Below, one piece after another: positions 26,075 through 35,798 of a stretch of DNA of 64,000 nt. The notes beneath the pieces are model-generated. The model saw nothing but the letters and a program-made list of their open reading frames with translations, made no database searches and was not told the origin of the DNA. Positions within the stretch are counted from its first letter, which is position 1. Every line of letters begins with the position of its first letter. The position numbers and the translations under genes are program-made. Source of the stretch: a virus; the IMG/VR virus record IMGVR_UViG_3300047546_001881, positions 1 through 64,000 of that record; one strand, written 5' to 3'.

Positions 26075-26539
26075 GTGAATCAAAAGCATTTAGAAGTACG
26101 AATTAATCAACTAGTATCTTTAGCTAAAGCTTCTACTTGTCCTAGAGGCAAAGTCGCTGCAATGCTAATAGATCCTACAAGGAATACTATTATAGCAGAT
26201 GGTTATAATGGCCCTCCTAGAGGGCCAGATCCTCTGTGTGGCGGTCTTGTTTGTGATAGAAATATCCAGCAAGTCTCCTCTGGCACCAAAATAGAAGTTG
26301 GCTGTCACCATGCAGAGATGAATGTTATTTGTAATGCCGCTGCTAACGGTACCTCAACTAGAGGTACCGTTATGCTGACAAACGTTGTTCCATGTTTGAT
26401 GTGCGCCAAGCTAATACATCATTCAGGAATAGTTAAAGTTATTACTATAGCTAATAGTTACCCTGGAGGAAATGCAGGAATTGTTTACTTAAATAAAGTA
26501 AATATACCTGTTGAACAAATATCTTTGGAGAAAACATGA
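26075..26539 (+). CDS. dCMP deaminase
   Basis: STCPRGKV, GYNG, HAEMN, PCLMC. Confidence 0.9.
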   Translation: MNQKHLEVRINQLVSLAKASTCPRGKVAAMLIDPTRNTIIADGYNGPPRGPDPLCGGLVCDRNIQQVSSGTKIEVGCHHAEMNVICNAAANGTSTRGTVMLTNVVPCLMCAKLIHHSGIVKVITIANSYPGGNAGIVYLNKVNIPVEQISLEKT

Positions 26540-26784
26540 TTGATGGCTTAGTTCTTGGCAGCATCACATGGTTAAGTTATGTATTCAGCTTTATGCACTT
26601 TCCATTAATACTAAAGCGTTTCTTACTTAAGAACTTTTTCTTGACTGATATTCTATCTGTTACTTTTACTTATATGCTTTTGAGTTCAGTCTCACAAAGT
26701 TTAGGCTCCGTAATTGGATCTATCTTCTGTGGACTGCTAGTTGATATCTCCTTGATGATTAAAAACGCATGGGATAAATCATGA
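26536..26784 (+). CDS. small membrane protein
   Basis: three hydrophobic segments. Confidence 0.5.
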   Translation: MIDGLVLGSITWLSYVFSFMHFPLILKRFLLKNFFLTDILSVTFTYMLLSSVSQSLGSVIGSIFCGLLVDISLMIKNAWDKS

Positions 26785-27035
26785 ACTCTTATAATAAAAT
26801 GTTCTTTCAACTTTTTAGAAGAGAGATTGAAGATAATATCAAAAACATTACAGATGAAGAACTAGCAGCAATTCTTATTGCTCTAGAAGATCCTGAATCA
26901 GAAGTATGTTCAAGAGATATTATGTCTATGCTTATTGGTGTTCCAACTGATGATCTAAGTCAGGTAGTTAAGGAAATATATGAAGAGTCGCAGGTTGACT
27001 GGCAGCTTCCGAAGATCGCACCTTCAGAAGAATAA
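26781..27035 (+). CDS. hypothetical protein
   Basis: 84-aa acidic ORF. Confidence 0.5.
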   Translation: MNSYNKMFFQLFRREIEDNIKNITDEELAAILIALEDPESEVCSRDIMSMLIGVPTDDLSQVVKEIYEESQVDWQLPKIAPSEE

Positions 27036-27229
27036 GTTACATTATTTTTTATAAATGTTGACTTATCTTAAAAAAGGTATTATAAGTTTACTTACATATT
27101 TTATAGTTTTTGCAGGAATAGTATGGACCTTAGTGTCCATACTATTCTTTTTACTGCCGGTTGTAACTGTATATATTCTATGTAAGCTTATTGATCCAAA
27201 GTATAAAATCATTGCAAATGAAGGATAAT

Positions 27230-29308
27230 ATGTTTTTAAATACAATTTCTACTGAAAAGAAAATTAGAACTTTCTCTCTTAGTAATAACTTTCTTGATAG
27301 TTATGTTGATACTCAACCAAAGTGGGGACCTGTCGGATACTTCACTTATAAAAGAACTTATGCAAGAGCATTAGAAAATGGTGACACAGAAGAGTTCTGG
27401 CAAACCTGTAAGAGAGTTGTAGAAGGCGTTTATAACGTTCAGAAACAACACTGCAAATCAATCTCACTCCCATGGGATGATCGTAAAGCCCAGCTCTCTG
27501 CACAAGAAATGTTTAAGAGAATGTGGGAATTTAAGTTTCTTCCTCCAGGAAGAGGCTTATGGAGTATGGGTACTTCTATCATTGCAGAAAAAGGTGGCGC
27601 TGCATTAAATAATTGCGGCTTCGTAACTACTGCAAACATTGATATAGACTTTGCAGATCCATTTTGTTTCCTAATGGATATGTCAATGCTTGGTGTTGGA
27701 GTTGGTTCTGACACAAAAGGTGCAGGCAAAGTAAACATTATTCCACCTAAAGTTGGTGGCACTTTTGTTGTAGAAGATTCAAGAGAAGGTTGGTGCGCTC
27801 TTCTTAGAGTAGTACTTGATGCACATATAGGTAAGGGTATTCTTCCTAGAATAATTGATTATTCTAAGGTCAGACCTCTTGGCGCTATCATTAAAGGTTT
27901 TGGCGGTATAGCCTCTGGACCTGGTCCTCTTGTTAAGATGATTGATTCTATCTGCAAAGTATTAGAAGTTCAGGCGCCTACTCCTATTACTTCTTCTATG
28001 ATTGTTGATATTCACAATCTAGTAGGAGCTTGTGTAGTTGCCGGCGGTGTACGCCGTACTGCAGAGATTATGTTTGGTGACTGGAAAGACGAAAACTTCA
28101 GGAATCTAAAAGATCCAACTGATCTTAACAACTGGTCATCTGAACTTTATTCTTTAACTTCTTCAGAAGATACTTTTGAAGGCAAGGAAGAAAGAATAGA
28201 AGAGCTAAAACACTTAATTGAAAACCATCCTTTACGTACTCATAGATGGGCAAGTAATAACTCCATCTTTGGTCAAATAGGTATGGACTACACAAAGGTT
28301 GCAGAATCTTTAGCTAAAAATGGTGAGCCAGGTATTATCTGGCTAGCTGCTATGAAAGATTATTCAAGAATGAATGATCCTAAAGATGAGAAAGATTACA
28401 GAGCTGCAGGTTGTAATCCATGCGCTGAGCAAACACTTGAAGATAGAGAACTTTGCTGTCTAGTAGAAACATTCCCTGCTAATCACTCAAGTGCAGAAGA
28501 TTATTTAACTACTCTTAAGTATGCATATCTTTATGCTAAGACAGTTACTTTAATACCTACTCACGATGAACGTACAAACAGAACCATGATGAGAAATCGT
28601 AGAATCGGTTGCTCTCAAACTGGTATTCAGCAAGCAATAATTAAGTTTGGTAGAAGAACATTCTTAAATGATTTCTGTGATGCAGGTTACAAAAGAATTC
28701 AGAATCTAGATCTCTCTTATTCAGAATGGTTAGCTGTACCAAGAAGCATTAAGACTACTTCTGTTAAACCAAGTGGAACAGTAAGTCTTCTTTGTGGAGC
28801 TTCAGCAGGTATTCATCATCCACATAGTGAATATTATATTCGTAACATTACAGTTCAAGAAACAAGTCCACTTGTTCAGGCCTGTATTGATGCAGGATAC
28901 CAAGTAGAGAAGTATGTTTATGCTGGCAATACTATGGTTGTATCTTTTCCAGTAAAAGAAGAAAACTTCTCTGCTTCCAAAAAAGATGTAAGTATCTGGC
29001 AACAGTTTAAAGACGCTGCAGATCTTCAAGCTTATTGGGCAGACAACCAAGTATCAGTTACTGTAACATTTAAAAAAGAGGAAGAGAGTCAGATTAAACT
29101 ATGTCTTGAATCTTTCGAGGACAAGCTTAAGTCTATCTCTCTACTACCTCTAGTAGAGCACGGTTACGTACAAGCTCCTTACATTGAAATAACTAAAGAG
29201 CAATACGAAGCTATGATTCAGAATATTAAACCTTTAATACTCAACTTCAACACACATGAAAAAGATGACAACTATTGTGATGGTGGAGCCTGCGAGATTA
29301 AATTATGA
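27230..29308 (+). CDS. nrdJ: class II (B12-dependent) monomeric ribonucleotide reductase
   Basis: KRTYAR, PPGRGLW, LNNC, CNPCAE, TSVKPSGT, C-terminal CDGGAC. Confidence 0.93.
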   Translation: MFLNTISTEKKIRTFSLSNNFLDSYVDTQPKWGPVGYFTYKRTYARALENGDTEEFWQTCKRVVEGVYNVQKQHCKSISLPWDDRKAQLSAQEMFKRMWEFKFLPPGRGLWSMGTSIIAEKGGAALNNCGFVTTANIDIDFADPFCFLMDMSMLGVGVGSDTKGAGKVNIIPPKVGGTFVVEDSREGWCALLRVVLDAHIGKGILPRIIDYSKVRPLGAIIKGFGGIASGPGPLVKMIDSICKVLEVQAPTPITSSMIVDIHNLVGACVVAGGVRRTAEIMFGDWKDENFRNLKDPTDLNNWSSELYSLTSSEDTFEGKEERIEELKHLIENHPLRTHRWASNNSIFGQIGMDYTKVAESLAKNGEPGIIWLAAMKDYSRMNDPKDEKDYRAAGCNPCAEQTLEDRELCCLVETFPANHSSAEDYLTTLKYAYLYAKTVTLIPTHDERTNRTMMRNRRIGCSQTGIQQAIIKFGRRTFLNDFCDAGYKRIQNLDLSYSEWLAVPRSIKTTSVKPSGTVSLLCGASAGIHHPHSEYYIRNITVQETSPLVQACIDAGYQVEKYVYAGNTMVVSFPVKEENFSASKKDVSIWQQFKDAADLQAYWADNQVSVTVTFKKEEESQIKLCLESFEDKLKSISLLPLVEHGYVQAPYIEITKEQYEAMIQNIKPLILNFNTHEKDDNYCDGGACEIKL

Positions 29309-29754
29309 TTCTTAAGTATTCAGAAATTATACCTGTCAAAACTCCTATAAGAGCCAATCCATCAGATGCTGGACTGGATATCTTTTGTGCAGAAGATATA
29401 GATGAAATTCTTATTTCTAGAAACTCAAACAAAGTATTAAGAACTGGTCTGAAGTTTGAGATACCACACGGCTATATGCTTATGGTATGTAACAGGAGTA
29501 GTGTTGCTAGCAAATATAACTTAGTTGTTGGCGCACACATTGTAGACTCTGGCTACAATGGCGAACTTTTTATTGATCTTCATAACATTGGTGACGCTGA
29601 TCAAGTAATTACTCGCGGTCAAAAGATTGCTCAAGTAGTACTTGTACCAATTGTTCCTTTTATACCAATGCTTGTTCCAGAAGATAACCTATACAATGTT
29701 CCATTAACTATTTCTAATAGAAAAGATGGAGCAATGGGTAGCACTGGAATATGA
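29305..29754 (+). CDS. dut: trimeric dUTPase
   Basis: DAGLD, NRSS, VDSGYNGE, IAQ, RKDGAMGSTG. Confidence 0.93.
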   Translation: MILKYSEIIPVKTPIRANPSDAGLDIFCAEDIDEILISRNSNKVLRTGLKFEIPHGYMLMVCNRSSVASKYNLVVGAHIVDSGYNGELFIDLHNIGDADQVITRGQKIAQVVLVPIVPFIPMLVPEDNLYNVPLTISNRKDGAMGSTGI

Positions 29755-30356
29755 ACATAGAACTAGACTTTGGTTCTAACGAGCTTGATTTAAGAAGGCT
29801 AATGAGAGCAATTCTTGATCAAGCTATTGATGATTATGTAAAACTACAGCATCCTGCTTCAAGAAAAAAGAAGTATATGCAAGAAGCTTTTGAATCTTCA
29901 GTAAATATGTTCTTTGATGAAACATATACATTCATGTATCTTTGTGACGATGATGACGATCCTATGGATTTTTCAGAATTCATTCACAAACTAATGGATG
30001 ATGATAGAGTAGAAGCTCGTAAAATACGTAATCATGTAGTAACTCTTGCAAAAACATTTTGGGATAATAAGCTAGTGAATACTATTTCTATACCAAGTAC
30101 AGTTCAATATGAAGGTAATGTCTATCAAGTTAGACATACAGAAACTGCAAGAGAGTTTGGCGTAGACTTTGATAACAAGACTTTGTCAATCAATAAAAGT
30201 TTACGCACAACAGAGAATCAAGAAAACTTTCTTTTACTTTGCTTAAAGATAGTTTGTTTTCACGAAGATATTAAAATACCTTTAGCATCTTTAAACAAGC
30301 TTAGTGGTTCTATCTTTAAATTACTAAAGATGAACTCATGCTTTATAGGTGCTTAA
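29751..30356 (+). CDS. hypothetical protein
   Basis: 201-aa ORF. Confidence 0.55.
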   Translation: MNIELDFGSNELDLRRLMRAILDQAIDDYVKLQHPASRKKKYMQEAFESSVNMFFDETYTFMYLCDDDDDPMDFSEFIHKLMDDDRVEARKIRNHVVTLAKTFWDNKLVNTISIPSTVQYEGNVYQVRHTETAREFGVDFDNKTLSINKSLRTTENQENFLLLCLKIVCFHEDIKIPLASLNKLSGSIFKLLKMNSCFIGA

Positions 30357-31392
30357 CATGTCTACATTGGGAGCCGACATTCCTACTTACTATTCTATCA
30401 ATAGTGAGACAGTTGTTGATTCTGGTTGGACTGTAAAAGAGTTTTTAGTTCCACAAGAAGGAATCATTAAAAGAGTTAGAGCAGGCGTTGAACAAGGCGC
30501 GGCTACTTTTGATTTAGCTTTTGCTACTTCAAATGTATTCAGCACAAAGAATATCTTTCTTATGTACTCTAATATAGATACAGAAGTGATGTTCTTAGAT
30601 TCAAAAGAGAACTTGTATTACAAAGTTCCACTACCAACTGAAACGCCTACAGATCCTGATCAAAACTTTGTTTATACTTCTACTGGTAAAGCCATTTATT
30701 TAAAGTACTTTTCTAAGTTGAAAGAATTTTATAAAGTATATTCTTCTTTTACATCTCAAGATCATCAAGAAGCAGTCTCAATTATTAATCAAATAATTTC
30801 TTTAAAAAGAGCACAAGCTTCTCTATCAAAAATAAATGGAAAAATATCAGAGTATAATGAATACAAGGAAGAAGCTGTATCTTTAGAAAAGATAGCAGAG
30901 CAACATCAGACTGCTGCCTCTCGCGGCACAACTGTACAAGAAAATAATTTTTCTAATAAAACTCTGCTTCCAATCTATATATGGCTAAACGTTAAAAGTG
31001 GAAATAAAAAGATTTGGTATCAACTTGACATAGAAAATGTAAACAATGATAATGTATGCTCAGTAGAGGGAAGTAGTTCGAAGTATCGAACTGTTCCGGA
31101 AAATCCAATCTGTTGTGCTTCATCCAATGGTGAAGTTGTTCATGAAATATCTCTTGGAACTCTAGCAAGAATAGATCTGACACCTAGACTTGATGGCACC
31201 ACTACCACCTTTACTTTGCAAGAAAAGATTTATGGCGATGTAGTTATGTTGTCCTTGAATGGACAGTTACTCGGCATGAATATGGACTTTACTTTTGATA
31301 AAGAAACTAACTCTGTGTCTCTAATAGAGGCACCAGAGACTACCGATGTAGTGATCCTACATTATATTAATCAACCAATCTATAACTTGTAA
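30349..31392 (+). CDS. putative virion protein with C-terminal beta domain
   Basis: C-terminal DGTTTTFTL...LNGQLL...DF...DVV motif, shared with the next genes. Confidence 0.5.
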   Translation: MLNMSTLGADIPTYYSINSETVVDSGWTVKEFLVPQEGIIKRVRAGVEQGAATFDLAFATSNVFSTKNIFLMYSNIDTEVMFLDSKENLYYKVPLPTETPTDPDQNFVYTSTGKAIYLKYFSKLKEFYKVYSSFTSQDHQEAVSIINQIISLKRAQASLSKINGKISEYNEYKEEAVSLEKIAEQHQTAASRGTTVQENNFSNKTLLPIYIWLNVKSGNKKIWYQLDIENVNNDNVCSVEGSSSKYRTVPENPICCASSNGEVVHEISLGTLARIDLTPRLDGTTTTFTLQEKIYGDVVMLSLNGQLLGMNMDFTFDKETNSVSLIEAPETTDVVILHYINQPIYNL

Positions 31393-31404
31393 CAGGATAA
31401 TACC

Positions 31405-32421
31405 ATGGCACTCGTAAAACAACTCAAACTAAAGCAGCTCGATATCGTATCATACGTTGAGGGCGAAGTTGCCGAAGAAGCAGCTCGCGCTCTTGCCGCT
31501 GAAGGCGTTCTTGCTGCAGACCTAGCTGCAGAGGCAGCCACTCGTGCTGCCGATGACGCTACTCTACAAGGCAACATCGACGCAGAAGAGGCCCGTGCTC
31601 TTGCTGCAGAAGGTGTCCTCGCTGCAGATCTAGCAGCCGAGACAGCTGCTCGTATTGCAGATGTAGACGCTGAGGAAGCTCGTGCAATTGGCGAAGAGGG
31701 TCGTATTGAGACCAAGTTTGACGGTGAAGTTGCAGATCTCGAGGCTGCTGTTGCAGCCGAGACTTCTGCTCGCGAATCCGCAGACGACAACCTCCAGAGC
31801 CAAATTGACAACATTCTCAGCAACGTCGATCCAGCTGCTCTCGATTCTCTAACCGAGATCGTAGCTGCTTTCCAGGCTGCTGACGGTGATCTACAAACTT
31901 CAATCACTACTCTTTCTAGCGATGCTGCTGCTGATCGCGCTGCAATCCGTTCCGAGTTTGCCGCTGCCGATGCAACCCTACAGGGTAACATTGATGCAGA
32001 GGAAGCTCGTGCAATGGCTGCAGAGGGCGTTCTACAGGACAACATCGACGCTGAGCAGGCTGCTCGTGAAGCAGCAGTTACCGCTGAAGCTGCTACTCGT
32101 CTAAGCCAAGACACTCTAGTTAAAGGCTTTGCCGATGGCATCAAAGTTAAGAGCTTCCAGCTTGCTGGTAACTCCGGTAGCTTTACTGTTAACGGCGCCG
32201 ACAAAGAGTGGACTCCTAATCTAACCAACAAACAGCTAAAGAGTGCTGTAAGCATGTACCTCAACGGCCAGAAGCTTGTTGCAACTGGCGGCGGTATCAC
32301 TGGCGACTTCTCTGCAGATCCAAGCACTGGCAAAGTTGTCTTTGCTTCAAGCATGGTTGATGCAGCTGACGTTGTTGTATTCGAGTACCTCGAGTCAGCA
32401 ACCGCCCCAACCCTCAGCTAG
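31405..32421 (+). CDS. coiled-coil fibre/whisker-like virion protein
   Basis: repeated AEEARALAAE / ATLQGNID units; PAALDSLTEIVAA motif of phage fibres; biased codon usage; terminator follows. Confidence 0.75.
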   Translation: MALVKQLKLKQLDIVSYVEGEVAEEAARALAAEGVLAADLAAEAATRAADDATLQGNIDAEEARALAAEGVLAADLAAETAARIADVDAEEARAIGEEGRIETKFDGEVADLEAAVAAETSARESADDNLQSQIDNILSNVDPAALDSLTEIVAAFQAADGDLQTSITTLSSDAAADRAAIRSEFAAADATLQGNIDAEEARAMAAEGVLQDNIDAEQAAREAAVTAEAATRLSQDTLVKGFADGIKVKSFQLAGNSGSFTVNGADKEWTPNLTNKQLKSAVSMYLNGQKLVATGGGITGDFSADPSTGKVVFASSMVDAADVVVFEYLESATAPTLS

Positions 32422-32454
32422 TAATAGCTTAAGTAATTAAGTAATTAATTACTG

Positions 32455-32490
32455 GGGGCTACCCTCAAAAGGGGTAGCCCCTTTCTATTT
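32455..32490 (+). terminator. intrinsic terminator
   Basis: GGGGCTACCCT / GGGGTAGCCCC plus T-rich tail. Confidence 0.7.
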
Positions 32491-32511
32491 ATAGAAGTTA
32501 CAGAGGATACT

Positions 32512-32805
32512 ATGTTAAAAAAGATATTAGTAAACCTTTCTACAAGAACACTACCCAGTGCATGGGAGAAGTCTCTTAGAGACTCAAGTCCATTTCCTAC
32601 TGGAGAGTTCTTGCTTCTTGCTCAGAAGACTAAAGCAAAGAATTACGAAAAAGAATTAAAGACTGATAAAGCTTCTTTCACTAAGGCACTTTATGTATTA
32701 TTCGTAAATATAAATACTGCTCTTAGAGATAATGATAAGGACTTGCTTAAGACAAGTTTAGTTGAACTAAATAAACTTACTTTATTATGGATATCATTGT
32801 TATGA
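32512..32805 (+). CDS. hypothetical protein
   Basis: 97-aa ORF, GAGGA RBS. Confidence 0.5.
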   Translation: MLKKILVNLSTRTLPSAWEKSLRDSSPFPTGEFLLLAQKTKAKNYEKELKTDKASFTKALYVLFVNINTALRDNDKDLLKTSLVELNKLTLLWISLL

Positions 32806-33398
32806 AATTTAATCTTGAAACTGCCAAGACTAAAATATCTAACAACTTATTTAACCTTATGTCTAAACAAACTTCAGATCTAGTTTCTAAAAAGCTAACT
32901 CTGTATGTCAAAAGTACAGAGGCAGTAGAAATGGTTCAAACTTTGGTTAATCGTTATGACGAAGCAATTGAAACCATAACTAAATTAATGAAGATGAATA
33001 AGAACTCTCAAGATCATCTTAAGAGTCAAGTGGATATTTCTCTAGAAAGAATAACTAACCTTTCTAATCTTTTGAAAGATTTCCAAAAAGAAACTAAAGA
33101 TATTTTGACTCAGTTAAATAAGAAGACTCCACCCAACGTATGGAAAACAGAAGTTCTTTCCGTTAGCACTTCTTTTTCTAGATACAGGGTTGACGGTAAG
33201 TTCTTTGCGTTTACAATTAAAGATGAGTTAACCCCAGCATCTGTAAATGAATGCGTCAAAGTTCATCTTGATGGCATTCTACTAATGCATGGTAGTGACT
33301 ACTCTATTGAGCCTTCGGAGACTTCAGTTACTTTTCAGTTTGCTGAAGACTTACGCAAAGACTCAATTGTTGTCTTAGAATTACTTAAAGATATTTAA
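32787..33398 (+). CDS. coiled-coil protein with C-terminal fibre-like beta domain
   Basis: VHLDGILL..GSDY motif like the two upstream genes. Confidence 0.5.
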   Translation: MDIIVMKFNLETAKTKISNNLFNLMSKQTSDLVSKKLTLYVKSTEAVEMVQTLVNRYDEAIETITKLMKMNKNSQDHLKSQVDISLERITNLSNLLKDFQKETKDILTQLNKKTPPNVWKTEVLSVSTSFSRYRVDGKFFAFTIKDELTPASVNECVKVHLDGILLMHGSDYSIEPSETSVTFQFAEDLRKDSIVVLELLKDI

Positions 33399-33825
33399 GC
33401 GCTTTCTTAAAAGCATCTTGAGGCAACGTTTCTATTAGTTCACTAGAGTTATATTCTTTATCTGCTCTGTGAATTATTAGCCTGGAACCTACCTGCTTTA
33501 CAGCAGGTAGTTCCGGGAGCGTTTCCTCGCTGTAGTCCGGCCCCTTTATATAAATCTTTGGTCTTAATCTTAAGATTAATTTACTTGGGTCATCTTCTAA
33601 AAAGACAACTACGTTGTCTATATATTTACAAGAGTTCAAGACATAGCTTCTATCTACAAGCTGAACTGCTTTATCTCCGTACTTTTTAATTAAGTACGGA
33701 TCTGCATTTATGCCTACCGTTACTTTTCCATACCTAGCAGCAAACTCAAATAATCTTACATGCCCAGCGTGCATGATATTAAAAGTTCCAGTAACTAATA
33801 CTTCAGTTTCTTTAAGAGGTGACAT
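33385..33825 (-). CDS. cytidylyl/adenylyltransferase (HldE domain II/TagD family)
   Basis: GTFNIMHAGH (HxGH), VGINAD, KGPDY, NSSELI. Confidence 0.85.
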   Translation of the reverse strand: MSPLKETEVLVTGTFNIMHAGHVRLFEFAARYGKVTVGINADPYLIKKYGDKAVQLVDRSYVLNSCKYIDNVVVFLEDDPSKLILRLRPKIYIKGPDYSEETLPELPAVKQVGSRLIIHRADKEYNSSELIETLPQDAFKKALKYL

Positions 33826-34397
33826 TGCTATTATTTTTATCCTTGATGGTATTCTTAGAAACCATGTTTATTATACACATGATTTCACAACATAAAGCTT
33901 CATATCAAGACATTAAAACAAAAACTGAAAAAGAATGCAGTCTTTATGCTGCAAGTCTTGAAACAGAATATAAGCTTAAGCTTGATGAAGAGCTTAATAG
34001 ATATAGACAAGAAATAGCTGAACGTGAAGAAAAATACAAAGAACTTTTCTATAAGAACGAAGTAGCTAAGATTAGAAGCGATACTCTAAAGAAGAGTGAA
34101 AAGATTTCTAGAGGCTTTACTGTAGAAAACTTTGCGCCATTCTTACAAGAGAAATACAACCCTACTGATTTCAGACATATTGGCGATCCAGTAGATTATT
34201 TAATAATTGATGGATTAACAGATGTAAATCAAGGGGTAAGTAATGAGATTAGAGGAATAGTCTTATTAGATATAAAGACAGGTTCCTCTAAAATGAATAA
34301 AGTACAAAGAAGAATAAGAGACGCAGTTGCTGAAGGCAAAGTGTCTTTTGAAATATTTAATCCAGATATAGATGAACCAGAAGACAATCAATCTTAA
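33819..34397 (+). CDS. membrane-anchored Holliday junction resolvase-like endonuclease
   Basis: N-terminal TM; ENFAPF, FRHIGDPVDY, DIKTG, QRRIRDAV. Confidence 0.75.
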   Translation: MTLLLFLSLMVFLETMFIIHMISQHKASYQDIKTKTEKECSLYAASLETEYKLKLDEELNRYRQEIAEREEKYKELFYKNEVAKIRSDTLKKSEKISRGFTVENFAPFLQEKYNPTDFRHIGDPVDYLIIDGLTDVNQGVSNEIRGIVLLDIKTGSSKMNKVQRRIRDAVAEGKVSFEIFNPDIDEPEDNQS

Positions 34398-34412
34398 AAG
34401 TAGGAATTAAAC

Positions 34413-35477
34413 ATGGCTAAAAACATTACTGGTATTGCAGAGATTGATGTAATTGCTAGAGCTCTTGCAAAGAAGTTTGGAAGAGATTCAATTATGTCTA
34501 TGGGTCCTCAAATTGTTGCCTGTGACACTGTTACCACAGGTAGTACTTCTTTAGATTGTACAATTGGTGTAAATGGTTTCCCGACAGATCGCATCATAGA
34601 AATCTTCGGTCCAGAAAGTGCAGGTAAGACTTCTCTTGCTCTGCAATTTATGAGACAGTATCTACAGAACAAAGGTTATCAAAGGCCGCCCGTATTCATT
34701 GACTTAGAAAGAACCACAAGTCTTGATTTGATTAAGTCTATGGGTATTGATGCAAGCAAAGTAATCTTCTGTTACCCTGATACTGCAGAAGAAGCTTTGC
34801 AGATTGCGGTTGATCTTGGTAAAAGCGGAGCCGTTGGTCTTGTTGTCTTTGACTCTGTAGATGCAGCTCAAACAGAGAAAGAGACTAATCGTTCAATGAA
34901 CGAAATGGGTGTTGGCGACTTACCTAGAATAATGAGTAAGTCACTACGCACACTTTCTAAGGTGTGCGTAGATAGTAAGGTTTGTTACATTTTTATCAAT
35001 CAGATACGTATGAAGATTGGCGTCATGTATGGAAATCCAGAGACAACTAGCGGCGGTAATGCTTTGCCCTACTATGCGTCTTTGAGACTTAGAGTAACCT
35101 CTAAGCCCTCTGCAACAGCACCTAATATCTTAGATATGAAAGTAAAAGTTATTAAGAATAAGCTAGCTCCTAGAACTTCTGATTCTGCTGAGTTTGAATT
35201 CATTGCGGGTCAAGGTATAGATCCCTATGGAGACTTAATTTCTTTTGCTAAAGCTCTTGGAATTATTAGATTTGCAGGTTCAGCAGTTAAGCTAGCTATA
35301 CCAGGACAAGATGAAACTACTATGTGCACAGGAGGAAAAGTTGGAGCACAAGAAGCTATTAGATCAGATGAACAGTTGTATAAGCGTATTTCAGAAGCAT
35401 GCAGAGCAAAATCCACTATACAAGGTGGATCTCCAGATGCTGACGAGCCTGAAGAACAGAATACAGCTGACGAATAA
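34413..35477 (+). CDS. recA: recombinase RecA
   Basis: TGSTSLD, EIFGPESAGKT, DSV, INQIRMKIGVMYGNPETTSGGNAL. Confidence 0.95.
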   Translation: MAKNITGIAEIDVIARALAKKFGRDSIMSMGPQIVACDTVTTGSTSLDCTIGVNGFPTDRIIEIFGPESAGKTSLALQFMRQYLQNKGYQRPPVFIDLERTTSLDLIKSMGIDASKVIFCYPDTAEEALQIAVDLGKSGAVGLVVFDSVDAAQTEKETNRSMNEMGVGDLPRIMSKSLRTLSKVCVDSKVCYIFINQIRMKIGVMYGNPETTSGGNALPYYASLRLRVTSKPSATAPNILDMKVKVIKNKLAPRTSDSAEFEFIAGQGIDPYGDLISFAKALGIIRFAGSAVKLAIPGQDETTMCTGGKVGAQEAIRSDEQLYKRISEACRAKSTIQGGSPDADEPEEQNTADE

Positions 35478-35798
35478 AGCTACATTCGAGAATATAGATG
35501 AAGCTTTAAGTATTTTAAATAAGTTTGATAAGCTTCTAGCCTCTAGTAACCAAGAGGAGCTAGAAACAATGTCTTCTATTCAAGATACTTGCCCAGTAAC
35601 AGAACAAAAGTTATTTGAGGTATTGGAATCCGGCAGTCACAACTACTTAATAACTCATGGTCTTTGTGACATATGCAACAAGTATTACGCTAAAAGCGAA
35701 TTGTGTTTAGCAGAGGGTATTGACTTTCCTTCTTGGCCGCTTAGATTTATCAACACTACTTGTAAAATCTGTTTCGATAAACAATAAATAGGAAGTTA

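Noticed and set aside
31380-32354. 324-aa minus-strand ORF
   Set aside because: Antisense shadow of the Ala-rich repetitive fibre gene; biased codons leave the reverse frame open.
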